Below the pieces are notes generated by a model. That model was not told the DNA's origin. It was given only the letters and a program-made list of their open reading frames with translations, and searched no databases. A stretch of DNA of 64,000 nt from Candidatus Woesearchaeota archaeon B3_Woes. GTDB taxonomy: Archaea > Nanobdellota > Nanobdellia > Woesearchaeales > B3-WOES. The translations under genes and the position numbers were made by a program. The first letter of the stretch is position 1, and the number at the start of each line of letters is the position of its first letter. The stretch spans positions 799,533 to 863,532 of the forward strand of contig NJBG01000001.1 in the NCBI GenBank assembly GCA_005222965.1. Direction: 5' to 3'. Positions 49,629-58,739 of the stretch are shown here, one piece after another.

Positions 49629-50063
49629 TTATTTAGAATTCATTCTTTGCAAATATGTTATTAAGTTTTCCCTACTTGAGGAAGTCAAAGAATCTTTATC
49701 AATACTTTCTATATCAACCCATTTAATATCACTACATTTGCCTGGTTCCAATATTTTTGGAGTTCCAGATTTATATTTTGCAATAAAGGCAGGTGATACC
49801 CAATGTTGACCTTCTTCTTGTATTATATGATCCACAACTTCTAATAATTCTAAAATATCTATATCAAAACCAAACTCTTCTTTTATTTCTCTTTTGATGG
49901 CTTCTTCACATTTTTCACCAAAATCTACAGAACCACCCGGGAAGTCCCATTTTCCTGCTTCATTTCTCGATTTTGGACCGCGTTTAGCTAAGAATACTTT
50001 TCCATCTTCATTAAATATTAGTGCTCCTGTACCAACCCCAATATAATCAATTCCTTTTCTCAT
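49629..50063 (-). CDS. NUDIX hydrolase
   Basis: PGGSVDFGEKCEEAIKREIKEEFG Nudix box. Confidence 0.93.
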   Translation of the reverse strand: MRKGIDYIGVGTGALIFNEDGKVFLAKRGPKSRNEAGKWDFPGGSVDFGEKCEEAIKREIKEEFGFDIDILELLEVVDHIIQEEGQHWVSPAFIAKYKSGTPKILEPGKCSDIKWVDIESIDKDSLTSSSRENLITYLQRMNSK

Positions 50064-50155
50064 TAAAATTTAAGAAATCACATTTATATATAAAATTTAC
50101 GTTAAGAGTGCCATCAAATCACCTAGAGAATTTAAAACACATTAAATTATAATAA

Positions 50156-50241
50156 TGTGAGGGAGGGGATTCGAACCCCCGAAGGCACTAAGCCACAGGA
50201 TCTTAAGTCCTGCACATTTGACCAGACTTTGTTACCCTCAC
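50156..50241 (-). tRNA. tRNA-Leu(TAA)
   Basis: GTGAGGG/CCCTCAC acceptor stem; CAGGA-CTTAAGA-TCCTG; long variable arm. Confidence 0.95.
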
Positions 50242-50293
50242 ATATATTCATAAATTATCCTCATTTATTTATAAATTTAACTAAAGAAAAAGT

Positions 50294-50944
50294 TTAACAT
50301 TCAACAGTTGCTTCTAAATCATCAGGAAATGTTATTTCCTTAATCTCTGTATTTGTACCAGCATCTATAAGAACAGCTTTAACCTTTTTAGAATTATCAA
50401 TTCCAACAAAACGACCTTTGTTTGAGAACCTGCCACTATCAACAGTAAATGTAGTACTCAAAGGAGCACCAGACAGAATCTTTATATTATCAATAAATGC
50501 TGACTTATCTTCAATCTCATCTAAAATTCTCCCTTCCCAAAGATAAAATTGTATTTCTCCTTCAAACGTTCTTTTATAACCATTTTTTATATATATACTC
50601 ACACTATCAAACATTCCTTGATCATTATCCTCATCTTCTACACATAACTTAACGTCTGTTAGTAAAAATTCAACCTCTCCAGAAAGAGATGGAGTTGTAT
50701 CATCATCAGTAGTTGTTGTAGTAACAGTAGTAGTTGCAGTTGTATCATCAGGAGGAGTAACCTCTTCAGTTGGAGTTGTATCAACAGCACCACATTCTTC
50801 TACTTCAGGACACTCTCCTACTTTTAATTTAACAACAGAAAATATAACCAACCCTATTATTATTAAAATATAAATAAGCCTTTCAAGATTTCTAGGAGTT
50901 ATCTTAATTACAATTTCCCCTTCATGATGACTTCCTTCTTCCAT
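50294..50944 (-). CDS. Single-TM surface protein with Thr-rich linker
   Basis: TM, TTATTTVTTTTT linker and beta-rich C-domain. Confidence 0.7.
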   Translation of the reverse strand: MEEGSHHEGEIVIKITPRNLERLIYILIIIGLVIFSVVKLKVGECPEVEECGAVDTTPTEEVTPPDDTTATTTVTTTTTDDDTTPSLSGEVEFLLTDVKLCVEDEDNDQGMFDSVSIYIKNGYKRTFEGEIQFYLWEGRILDEIEDKSAFIDNIKILSGAPLSTTFTVDSGRFSNKGRFVGIDNSKKVKAVLIDAGTNTEIKEITFPDDLEATVEC

Positions 50945-51031
50945 CTAAAAAACATTTCAAAAGAAATATATAAATCTTTCTGTATCAAAAACAACAAATT
51001 TTAAATATGTAACAAAAACACAAGAAACTAC

Positions 51032-51116
51032 GCCCTCGTAGCATAGTAGCTATTGCGCCACCTTGGTATAAACTACAAAAAGGTGGAGGTCGCGAGTGCA
51101 GATCTCGCCGAGGGCT
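51032..51116 (+). tRNA. tRNA-Thr(GGT) with 12-nt intron at 37/38 (51069-51080)
   Basis: GCCCTCG/CGAGGGC acceptor stem; CCACC/GGTGG anticodon stem; atypical T-loop TGCAGAT. Confidence 0.85.
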
Positions 51117-51165
51117 TTTCTTTTAGCAACTTTTTTATATATCTTAACATTACTAAAATATTCAG

Positions 51166-51238
51166 GGGCCCATGGTCTAGCGGCTATGACACCACCTCGA
51201 CATGGTGGGGATCGTGAGTTCAATTCTCACTGGGCCCA
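51166..51238 (+). tRNA. tRNA-Val(GAC)
   Basis: GGGCCCA/TGGGCCC; CCACC-TCGACAT-GGTGG; T-arm GTGAG-TTCAATT-CTCAC. Confidence 0.9.
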
Positions 51239-51332
51239 TTCATATTCTAAAGATAAGTTGAAGGGACTTCAAAGCGTTAGCTTTGAATGTCGCTTATTGC
51301 ATATCAAATGGGCGTAACCATTTGAAAGAATT

Positions 51333-52100
51333 CTAAAGCAGCTTTTTCATCTTAACAGCATCACCAAAAGGGTCAGGGCTTTCATTAATTATTGTTACAT
51401 CTATTTTATACTTTTTCAAATAATTAAACAGATCTTTCATATCTTTTACTTCTGTTAACAAATGCCTTCTTTCACCTTTGTCAGTCCACTCAATACCAGA
51501 AAAGTGCGCATGAATATGACCTAATGGTTTTAGCTTTTTCATAACTTCATCATAATCTATTTTTCCTTTATTCCTAGCTCTTAAATGAGCAAAATCAACA
51601 CACAAATTACAACCTGTTTCTTTCTTTAATCTGATTAATTCATCTAAACTACCAAACTGAGAGGCTTTTCCAGTTGTTTCAGGAGCCAGAACAACCTTCC
51701 ACTTTTTCTCTTTTATAACTTCCATCATATCCAGAATCTCTTTTTTAATAGTATGATAAATTATTTCAGGGTCTTTCTTTTGATAAAAACCAGCATGAAA
51801 CACAATATACTTGGCTCCTAAATAATGACCTATTTCACAACTCTTTAAGATTCTTGATTTAGAAGCATGAACTTTTGGCCTTTCAAACGAAGCTAAATTA
51901 ACAAAATAAGGAGCATGAATACTAAACCTTAATTTTAATTCCTTGTTTAATTTATTAAGTTTTACAGCATCTTCTTTTTTCATCCAAATATTATAAGTAA
52001 ATTCTACTTCAACTGCATCTAATCCTAATTCTTTAATTCTTCTAAATCCTTCTTCAGAACTCCCGCCTGTCCCAGCAGGCCCAATTAATATCTTCCCCAT
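51333..52100 (-). CDS. nfo: Endonuclease IV-like TIM-barrel AP endonuclease
   Basis: HAPYFVN, FHAG, PETTGK..QFG, DFAH, HFSGIE and ESP motifs. Confidence 0.88.
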   Translation of the reverse strand: MGKILIGPAGTGGSSEEGFRRIKELGLDAVEVEFTYNIWMKKEDAVKLNKLNKELKLRFSIHAPYFVNLASFERPKVHASKSRILKSCEIGHYLGAKYIVFHAGFYQKKDPEIIYHTIKKEILDMMEVIKEKKWKVVLAPETTGKASQFGSLDELIRLKKETGCNLCVDFAHLRARNKGKIDYDEVMKKLKPLGHIHAHFSGIEWTDKGERRHLLTEVKDMKDLFNYLKKYKIDVTIINESPDPFGDAVKMKKLL

Positions 52101-52338
52101 CTTAAAATCTCTGTATTATTTTATATATTAAGCTTTCTATTGGATTATGGTAAAAGGAAAAGATTTTTAAAGATAAACTTCTTAATAAACTATGTAGCTA
52201 TAACATTAGTAAATGGGCGAAAATAAATGAAAAAAAAGAGTGGCACACCTAATTCTAAAATTAAAACAATAAACCTTATAAAGAATAATTCATTCTTTTT
52301 ATTAGAAAGAAATTTATTACTATTTAAAAGGAGTTAAA

Positions 52339-52677
52339 ATGACAGAACCAGAAGAAAAACAATCAGAAGAAGTTCCTAAAGAAGAACCGAAAGAAGAAGT
52401 AGAAGAAAAAAATGAAGAGGCTGAAGTAGTTCAACCCTGTTCTGTGAAAGAAAGCCCAACAGAAATTGAAGTAATCAAAAAGATAGCAGAAACCTATATG
52501 GAAGATGTGCAAAGTATAAATGAGATAAGAATAATTTACACAAAAAGAATAAATGGTCATTGGAAAGTTCTAGTTAAATATTCAACTACTCAAGACCCAG
52601 AAATAGTATCTATGCTAATGATAAATTGGGAAACTAAGAAAGTTGATGCCTTCAAAGAAGGAGTTGTAATGTTTTAA
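52339..52677 (+). CDS. Hypothetical protein (acidic N-terminus, small alpha/beta domain)
   Basis: AGGAG RBS; 112 aa. Confidence 0.65.
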   Translation: MTEPEEKQSEEVPKEEPKEEVEEKNEEAEVVQPCSVKESPTEIEVIKKIAETYMEDVQSINEIRIIYTKRINGHWKVLVKYSTTQDPEIVSMLMINWETKKVDAFKEGVVMF

Positions 52678-52679
52678 AC

Positions 52680-53048
52680 ATGGGGCAAATAAAAAAAGAC
52701 ATAGTTGTGCTTGGTTCTAATAATAAAGGCAAGAAATTAAGGGCACTTTTTGATACTGGTGCAACACGTAATTATATAAATGAAAATTTTATTGAGACTA
52801 ATGGAACGATTTATGATATAGGTATTAACGAATATCATAAAAAATGTGATGTAATATTTGTTGATGGAACTGAAAGGCAAGGTCAGATTATTAAATTAGA
52901 ATTATTAAATATTGAAGGATTTCAAATAAAAAAACCGAAATTCTGTTTATTCAATATGACTTCATGTGATGTTATCATAGGTGCTAAATTAATGCAACAA
53001 CTAAAGATAGTTCTTAATCCTTCTATTAAAAAAATAAGTTTTGGTTAG
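52680..53048 (+). CDS. Retropepsin-like (clan AA) aspartic protease
   Basis: ALFDTGA and DVIIG...MQ motifs. Confidence 0.8.
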   Translation: MGQIKKDIVVLGSNNKGKKLRALFDTGATRNYINENFIETNGTIYDIGINEYHKKCDVIFVDGTERQGQIIKLELLNIEGFQIKKPKFCLFNMTSCDVIIGAKLMQQLKIVLNPSIKKISFG

Positions 53049-53183
53049 TTTCTATTTCAAACTCTTTCTTAATTATTACACAAAGCCTTCTATTAGGCAC
53101 TACAAAATACACTCTTTTTAACATGGTAATAAGCTCTCTAAGGCCCTAAAACAAGCATTTCAGCTAATATACAGAAAACTATA

Positions 53184-53744
53184 CTATTCTTCAAATATCT
53201 GAGCCTGGAACTTATATACCTTAGTATTAGCATCTTTCCAAGCATCAGAGCTTAAATTAGCCTTTTGACAAGTCATTTCCAAAGCCTTAATAACATCACA
53301 ATTATATTCTGCAAATACCTGAGGCAATAATAAACCAGAACCAAACTCAGATCTAATAATCAAACCATCTTCACCAATCTTAATCTTATCTAAATACTCT
53401 TTAGAATCCTTAACATCAATCAACTCAGGAACACTTAAAACAGACATCTCAATCTTAACATCTTTAAACTCATCTTTATTCAAAGGATTAAATCTCGGAT
53501 CTCCAAAAGCAGCTGATTGTGCAGCTTCACTAACAGCCTTATACAAAGGCAAAGTAGGCTCTGGAAAACCAATACAACCTCTTAATTGTTTATTCAAATT
53601 CAGAGTCACAAAAACACCCTGTTTAGTCAAAAATCTCTTCTTAATATCTTCACTAATCTTTAAATCTGAATCAGAAAAATAAGAATTAATACTCTGCCTA
53701 GCCAACTTAATAAGTTCTTTTCCTTCTCCTTGGTTTAGTACCAT
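53184..53744 (-). CDS. AMMECR1-domain protein
   Basis: GVFVTL...LRGCIG, DPRF and GLLLPQV motifs. Confidence 0.93.
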   Translation of the reverse strand: MVLNQGEGKELIKLARQSINSYFSDSDLKISEDIKKRFLTKQGVFVTLNLNKQLRGCIGFPEPTLPLYKAVSEAAQSAAFGDPRFNPLNKDEFKDVKIEMSVLSVPELIDVKDSKEYLDKIKIGEDGLIIRSEFGSGLLLPQVFAEYNCDVIKALEMTCQKANLSSDAWKDANTKVYKFQAQIFEE

Positions 53745-53748
53745 AGAA

Positions 53749-54024
53749 TTATTTTAATTCCTTTGATAAATCTTTACGTGTTTTATCTGCAAAGGTCTTT
53801 AGCTTTTTTACTGCACTAAGCACAGCATTTCTAGGATTTGCACCATCAGTCTCAACCAAAAACTTAGGAATATTAATAAGAGGATGTTCTACCTTATATG
53901 TAGCTGTTTTTACATGGCTGTCCTCTAATAACCTCTCTTTAAGCATATTGCAAAAGCCATGAGAAACATCGTCAATCTCAAAAACAAATTTGTTTTTCCC
54001 CTCTTCAATTTTTTTGATTTCCAT
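53749..54024 (-). CDS. rpoL: RNA polymerase subunit L (Rpo11)
   Basis: SHGFCNML...V..ATY.VEHPL. Confidence 0.9.
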   Translation of the reverse strand: MEIKKIEEGKNKFVFEIDDVSHGFCNMLKERLLEDSHVKTATYKVEHPLINIPKFLVETDGANPRNAVLSAVKKLKTFADKTRKDLSKELK

Positions 54025-54061
54025 AATAATACAGAGAAAATGAGCTTATTTAAAAAGGTTT

Positions 54062-54691
54062 CTAAATCTTCTCAAACACAAAACAACTGACGTTTATCCT
54101 CTTTATTCTCCGACGATGAAACCCCATTGTCTGCTTCAGAGGCCATGAAAAATCAATAGTTTCCTTCAAACTAAAGCCATTATCCTTTGAAAAAGATGAA
54201 ATAAACCCCTTACTCTCACTTTTATGAAAAGAGTATATTGTTTTAGCTATCTGAACAGCCTTTTCAAGAAAGGTTTTATCAGCATGTCTCACTTTTACCC
54301 CAAAAGGAGGGTTCATAATGACTGTATCCACCTTTTTATCAAAATCCACTACATCTTGGCATACAAATATAGCCTTTCCCCTTATTAACGAACTCTCACT
54401 TTTTATGTGTAAATAGTTGGATTTTGCTATATCTAAACTGCTTTTATCGTTATCTACAAAATATACCTTTTTTGCCCCCAATAATAAAGCCCCAATACCT
54501 AATATACCTGTACCACATCCCAAATCAGCCATATTACAACCACTTACTCTTTGCGCATAAAGAGCATGCCAAAGAACATCACTAGCTATTTCAGAATCTA
54601 CTATATATTGTTCAGCCATCACTTTGGGATCTTCAAATCCTTTTAATTTGCTTAAAATAATCCCCAACCTTGATTTTGATATTTCAACCAT
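54062..54691 (-). CDS. METTL5-family N6-adenine RNA methyltransferase
   Basis: EQY, DLGCGTG, NPPFG and HAD..FL motifs. Confidence 0.88.
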   Translation of the reverse strand: MVEISKSRLGIILSKLKGFEDPKVMAEQYIVDSEIASDVLWHALYAQRVSGCNMADLGCGTGILGIGALLLGAKKVYFVDNDKSSLDIAKSNYLHIKSESSLIRGKAIFVCQDVVDFDKKVDTVIMNPPFGVKVRHADKTFLEKAVQIAKTIYSFHKSESKGFISSFSKDNGFSLKETIDFSWPLKQTMGFHRRRIKRINVSCFVFEKI

Positions 54692-54828
54692 TTTATTTTT
54701 TAATCTTTATTTTTATTTAAATCTTTTGCCAATCTTTAAATTAATTTTTTTAAAATAAAATTTTTAATCATTTTTTAAAACAAAAATAAATTCAAAACCT
54801 ATATTTTTAACAAAAAATAAAACAAAAA

Positions 54829-55037
54829 AGTCATTCCCATTTCATTCCCAACATAGTCCCATTTTAATTCATAACAAAAAAAGTTCTCTGTCGATATTCT
54901 TTTCTATTCATTCCCAAGTCATTCCCAGATAGTCCTAAGACATTCCCAAGATAGTCCTGGGAATGACTCTTCTACCGTGTTAAAGTCATTCCCAAAATAG
55001 TCCTAGGACCATCCTGGGAACATCCCATATAGTCCCA
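54829..55037 (+). repeat. Array of ~13 phased 9-bp motifs (TCATTCCCA / ATAGTCCYA) with ~11-bp spacing, preceded by an AT-rich tract (54692-54828)
   Basis: Copies start at 54831, 54842, 54853, 54908, 54919, 54929, 54940, 54951, 54986, 54997 and 55029; inverted copy TGGGAATGACT at 54958. Confidence 0.85.
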
Positions 55038-55083
55038 TTAAATAGAAATCTTTATATATGATAATACATACTTTACACTTAAC

Positions 55084-55839
55084 ATGAAGCTTTTTTCAAC
55101 AAAAAAAAGAGATGAAAATCTTCATTATACTTTACAAACTTCTTTCCAAGGAGTTAAAGGAGACATCTCCAAAATATTTGAATGGCTTAACTACCTTTAC
55201 AACAAAACAATCCAACAGGAAAAAGTTATCCATCATCTTCAAAAACAAATCATGTATGTTCCAAAATCAAGTGAGGAGTTAAGACAGTTAATGGATTCCT
55301 ACTACTCCATCACACCTTTAGAAAATAAAGTTGATAGACTAAACTCAAAAGTTGATTCTCTCTACCAATCTCAACGTACAGTTCTCTCATTAAAATACCA
55401 AATAGAGCATATTCAAGCGAGAATTGAAACACTATCAAAATCATCTTCTGTAAACCATCTAATACCTCAAATAGAGAGGATAAATACTAAAATTGAAGAG
55501 TTAAATGAGGAACAAAAAACCATTAAAAACAGCATAGAACAACAACAACTAGAAAAGCCAGATCCTAATGTTCCACCTATCCACTTAAAAGAAAAACTCA
55601 TTAGAAAAATCGCAAGATCGAGTAAAGAACACATAAAAACCATCATTAGAACATTGATAATGAAATACGGAAAAATCTCAGCTCTACAACTAAGAGACAT
55701 CCTTGTAGAAGAACAAGCACTCTGCTCAAAAAGCACATTCTACAGGCTTTTAGAAGAACTAGAACAAGATCATGATATATCAGTTATTCACGAGAAAAAA
55801 GAGAAAAAATACGTTTATGATACGCTTAAAGTAAAGTAA
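55084..55839 (+). CDS. Coiled-coil protein with C-terminal winged-helix
   Basis: Long heptad region; CSKSTFYRLLEELE helix plus wing. Confidence 0.75.
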   Translation: MKLFSTKKRDENLHYTLQTSFQGVKGDISKIFEWLNYLYNKTIQQEKVIHHLQKQIMYVPKSSEELRQLMDSYYSITPLENKVDRLNSKVDSLYQSQRTVLSLKYQIEHIQARIETLSKSSSVNHLIPQIERINTKIEELNEEQKTIKNSIEQQQLEKPDPNVPPIHLKEKLIRKIARSSKEHIKTIIRTLIMKYGKISALQLRDILVEEQALCSKSTFYRLLEELEQDHDISVIHEKKEKKYVYDTLKVK

Positions 55840-55893
55840 AAAATATCTATTGTAAAATATAAATATATTTAAAGAATCAATTTCCTAAAAAGC

Positions 55894-56472
55894 TTGGGTG
55901 CAAAAAAGGTGTTGTCAAATTTTAACTTGAAAAAGATTTCTTCTTCGGTAAGGTCCCTTTTTAATTCCAACAAAAAACTAAAAAAAGAGATAGAAATCCT
56001 AAAAGAGCAAGTTGAAGATCACCTAAGTTCAATCAACCAAAACACAAACGAGATACAATCAAACTACGAATATTCTCTCAAAGTTGACCCAAGAATAAAC
56101 AAACTATCAGAAAGAATCGACGAAATGTCAATGGTAATAGGTCTGAATAAACACAAAAAAAACCCTGAAATGCCAAAGCTAACCACAATCGAAAAAGAGA
56201 TCTTTTTAGCTCTTTATACTCAATGTGAAGAAAGAGAGTACACAACCTACAAAAACATCTCAACAAAAGTTAGGCTATCAGAAACACTTGTAATGAACTA
56301 TCTAACAATCTTAATTGAAAAAGGAATTCCAATCATAAAGAGCTATTCCGACGACACAACAAAGATCAAATTAAGCTCATATTTCAAAACACTACAAACA
56401 AAGAAAAACGTATTGAAAATCAACGCAGATTTCTCTAAACAAAGTGCCCTAGCACATTTCATAGAAGGATAG
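55894..56472 (+). CDS. Coiled-coil protein with C-terminal winged-helix
   Basis: Coiled-coil, then LTTIEKEIFLALY...TYKNIS...LSETLVMNYLTILIEKGIPI; start uncertain. Confidence 0.75.
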   Translation: MGAKKVLSNFNLKKISSSVRSLFNSNKKLKKEIEILKEQVEDHLSSINQNTNEIQSNYEYSLKVDPRINKLSERIDEMSMVIGLNKHKKNPEMPKLTTIEKEIFLALYTQCEEREYTTYKNISTKVRLSETLVMNYLTILIEKGIPIIKSYSDDTTKIKLSSYFKTLQTKKNVLKINADFSKQSALAHFIEG

Positions 56473-56574
56473 GATTTTAAAGGCCTTTTTTGCTTAAATT
56501 TCTTTCAAAACATAGAAATCATTAATCCAACCACATTTCAAGGCCTAAAATCAAAAATAAAGGCAATTTTATTG

Positions 56575-56660
56575 AAAATGCAACACTTCTCAGTATTCTG
56601 TTTCATTTTTAAGGCATTTTTTGGCCAAAACACAACATTTAAATACAAGTGTTGCATTTT
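56575..56660. promoter_or_regulatory. 14-bp perfect inverted repeat upstream of the recombinase
   Basis: AAAATGCAACACTT (56575-56588) and AAGTGTTGCATTTT (56647-56660). Confidence 0.6.
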
Positions 56661-56669
56661 TTAGTGAAA

Positions 56670-56733
56670 TTAAAGCTTTGAAAAAGGTTTATGGCTTTTT
56701 AATTTAAAGCTTTGAAAAAGGTTTATGGCTTTT
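56670..56733 (+). repeat. 30-bp direct repeat (period 34) just upstream of the recombinase start
   Basis: TTAAAGCTTTGAAAAAGGTTTATGGCTTTT at 56670 and 56704. Confidence 0.9.
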
Positions 56734-56737
56734 CAAA

Positions 56738-57391
56738 ATGGCAAAAAAATTTAACGAATACTATCTTGGATGGGATGAAATAAACAGCATCATAGCTGCA
56801 GCTAAAAATCTAAAAGAAAGCCTAGTTCTAAAGCTGTTAGCAAGAACAGGAATGAGGCGCTTTGAACTAGCTAACCTAAAAGCAAAAGATGTTGATTTTG
56901 AGAGGAAAAGACTATTTATTGCTAAGGGAAAAGGAGCAAATGAAAAAGATCCAAAATCAAGATCAGTTCCAATTGACGATGATACCATTCAAGTAATAAA
57001 ATTCTATTTAGAAGGCCGAAAAACAGGCTTTTTAATCCAAAGCAATAAAAAAACCTCTGATGGCATCTCATTAAGCCAAATAAACCGTATTGTGGCTAAC
57101 GCAGCCAAAAGAGCGCATGTTAATAACCCAAATCCAAATCTAAAGAACCTAAATCCTCATATCTTTCGTCATAGCTTTTCTCGACTGAGTTTAGCAGCTG
57201 GAATACCCTTTAACATGGTCCAAAGAATTGCTGGCCATGCAGACGCTAGGACTACTTTACAAATGTACGGAATTCCTTCAATAACAGACACTCAAGAGCT
57301 CTATGAAGAAAAGCTAATAGAGAAATTTAAGCAAAAACCAAAGTCAAAAAACAATACAAAATTGACAAAATTCACAGAAAAATCAAAGTAA
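56738..57391 (+). CDS. Tyrosine recombinase (XerA/integrase family), catalytic domain only
   Basis: TGMRRFEL (R), KGK (K), HIFRH (HxxR), AGH and MY (Tyr); 217 aa with no N-terminal core-binding domain. Confidence 0.9.
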   Translation: MAKKFNEYYLGWDEINSIIAAAKNLKESLVLKLLARTGMRRFELANLKAKDVDFERKRLFIAKGKGANEKDPKSRSVPIDDDTIQVIKFYLEGRKTGFLIQSNKKTSDGISLSQINRIVANAAKRAHVNNPNPNLKNLNPHIFRHSFSRLSLAAGIPFNMVQRIAGHADARTTLQMYGIPSITDTQELYEEKLIEKFKQKPKSKNNTKLTKFTEKSK

Positions 57392-57800
57392 TCATATAAA
57401 TAATTTGTGGTTGATTGTCGTCTATTAAATTAACCATTTATATGAATTATTGTCTTTTAAAACAAATATTATAATCTATTTGTTCTATTAAAACTATTAC
57501 AAAATAAATATTAAATAATATTGTTCTTCATTATAAATATTCTAAAATATATTTTAAAAGATATAATTAAAATTTTTAATCAAAAAGTGAGCGAAAAATA
57601 CAGTGAGCACTCACTTTTGCTACGGCAAAAGCCTAAAAAAGAGTTCATTAGGCACCACAAATAGCACCCTTTTAGAGCTTTATAGGCCTTATAAGGCTTG
57701 ATTTCAGACGTTTCAGCCATTTTAGAGACTTCACTAAAACCAATACTCAATATAGATTATAATTAGAACCTTTAGTAAGAAATCAAAAAGTGAGTTTAAT

Positions 57801-57838
57801 TAGGTGACTACAACATAATAAAAATGTAGACACCTATT
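57801..57838. repeat. Inverted-repeat site at the 3' end of the Fic gene
   Basis: TAGGTGACTACA-N12-TGTAGACACCTA. Confidence 0.7.
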
Positions 57839-58727
57839 TGTATTGTTTTCTATACTCTAATATAAAAAACCTTAATGTGGGTTTTATATCATTATCTTTA
57901 TCAAATTCCTGAAGAACCCTATAATACTTTTCCCTATCTTTTAATCTAATATTTAATGGAGGATAATCAAATTGAAGCAAAATATAATTTAATAGTAATC
58001 TTCCAACTCTTCCATTCCCATCTTGGAATGGATGAATATTCTCAAATTGATTATGGACAAGAGCAGCAAGCAATAAAGGAGGGTACTTCTTTTTATGTTC
58101 ATTAAACCATCTAACTAAATTCTTTAAAAGTTTCTCAACATCTTTTACAGGTGCGCCTTGGTGAATTACTTTACCTATTTTATCTCTAATAATAACTTCA
58201 ACATCTCTTAGTTCTCCTGCAAAAGATTTGGTTTTATCAAAACATAGCTCATGAAGTTTTCTAATAAAACCAATAGAAAAATCATCCTTAGTTGTTTTTA
58301 TATATTCAACAGCCTTTGCCACATTAATTGTTTCAATCTCATCATTATTTTTTGGTTCATCTTTTTTTCCAAGAAGATCTTTAACCTCAGAATAATCTAC
58401 CATTGACCCCTCAATAGCATTTGTATTAAAAACAAATTCTTGTGTGAATCTTTTCCAATTTACTTGAAAATGGTTTATTTCTAATTTATTTTCATATTTT
58501 TTATAATATCCAATTTCTTCTTTGCTTAACTCAAATTCAAACAAACTTTTTTCTTTAATCTGTTCAAAAATTATTTTTTCGGATATTTTTTTTAATTTTT
58601 CAAGCGTTTTTTTATCTAAATCAGAACCAAGATATCTTGAAATTCTATTAACTTTATCTCCTAACCTATAAGAATGAATTAAATAATATTTTTTCTTTTT
58701 ACCTTGCTTTCTAATTTCAATAAACAT
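57834..58727 (-). CDS. Fic-domain protein (AMPylase type, class II)
   Basis: HPFQDGNGRVGR catalytic motif; inhibitory TNAIEG upstream. Confidence 0.93.
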   Translation of the reverse strand: MFIEIRKQGKKKKYYLIHSYRLGDKVNRISRYLGSDLDKKTLEKLKKISEKIIFEQIKEKSLFEFELSKEEIGYYKKYENKLEINHFQVNWKRFTQEFVFNTNAIEGSMVDYSEVKDLLGKKDEPKNNDEIETINVAKAVEYIKTTKDDFSIGFIRKLHELCFDKTKSFAGELRDVEVIIRDKIGKVIHQGAPVKDVEKLLKNLVRWFNEHKKKYPPLLLAALVHNQFENIHPFQDGNGRVGRLLLNYILLQFDYPPLNIRLKDREKYYRVLQEFDKDNDIKPTLRFFILEYRKQYK

Positions 58728-58739
58728 TATTAACATATA

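Noticed and set aside
51096..51317. 73-aa ORF
   Set aside because: Overlaps two tRNA genes; spurious.
54829..55037. CRISPR array
   Set aside because: Units are 9-11 bp with no unique spacers, and no cas genes are present.
54829..55037. Canonical ORB-type origin
   Set aside because: No ORB consensus with G-string, no orc1/cdc6 nearby, and no visible strand-skew switch.
57392..57800. Xer dif site
   Set aside because: I could not find an 11-6-11 inverted repeat by eye.
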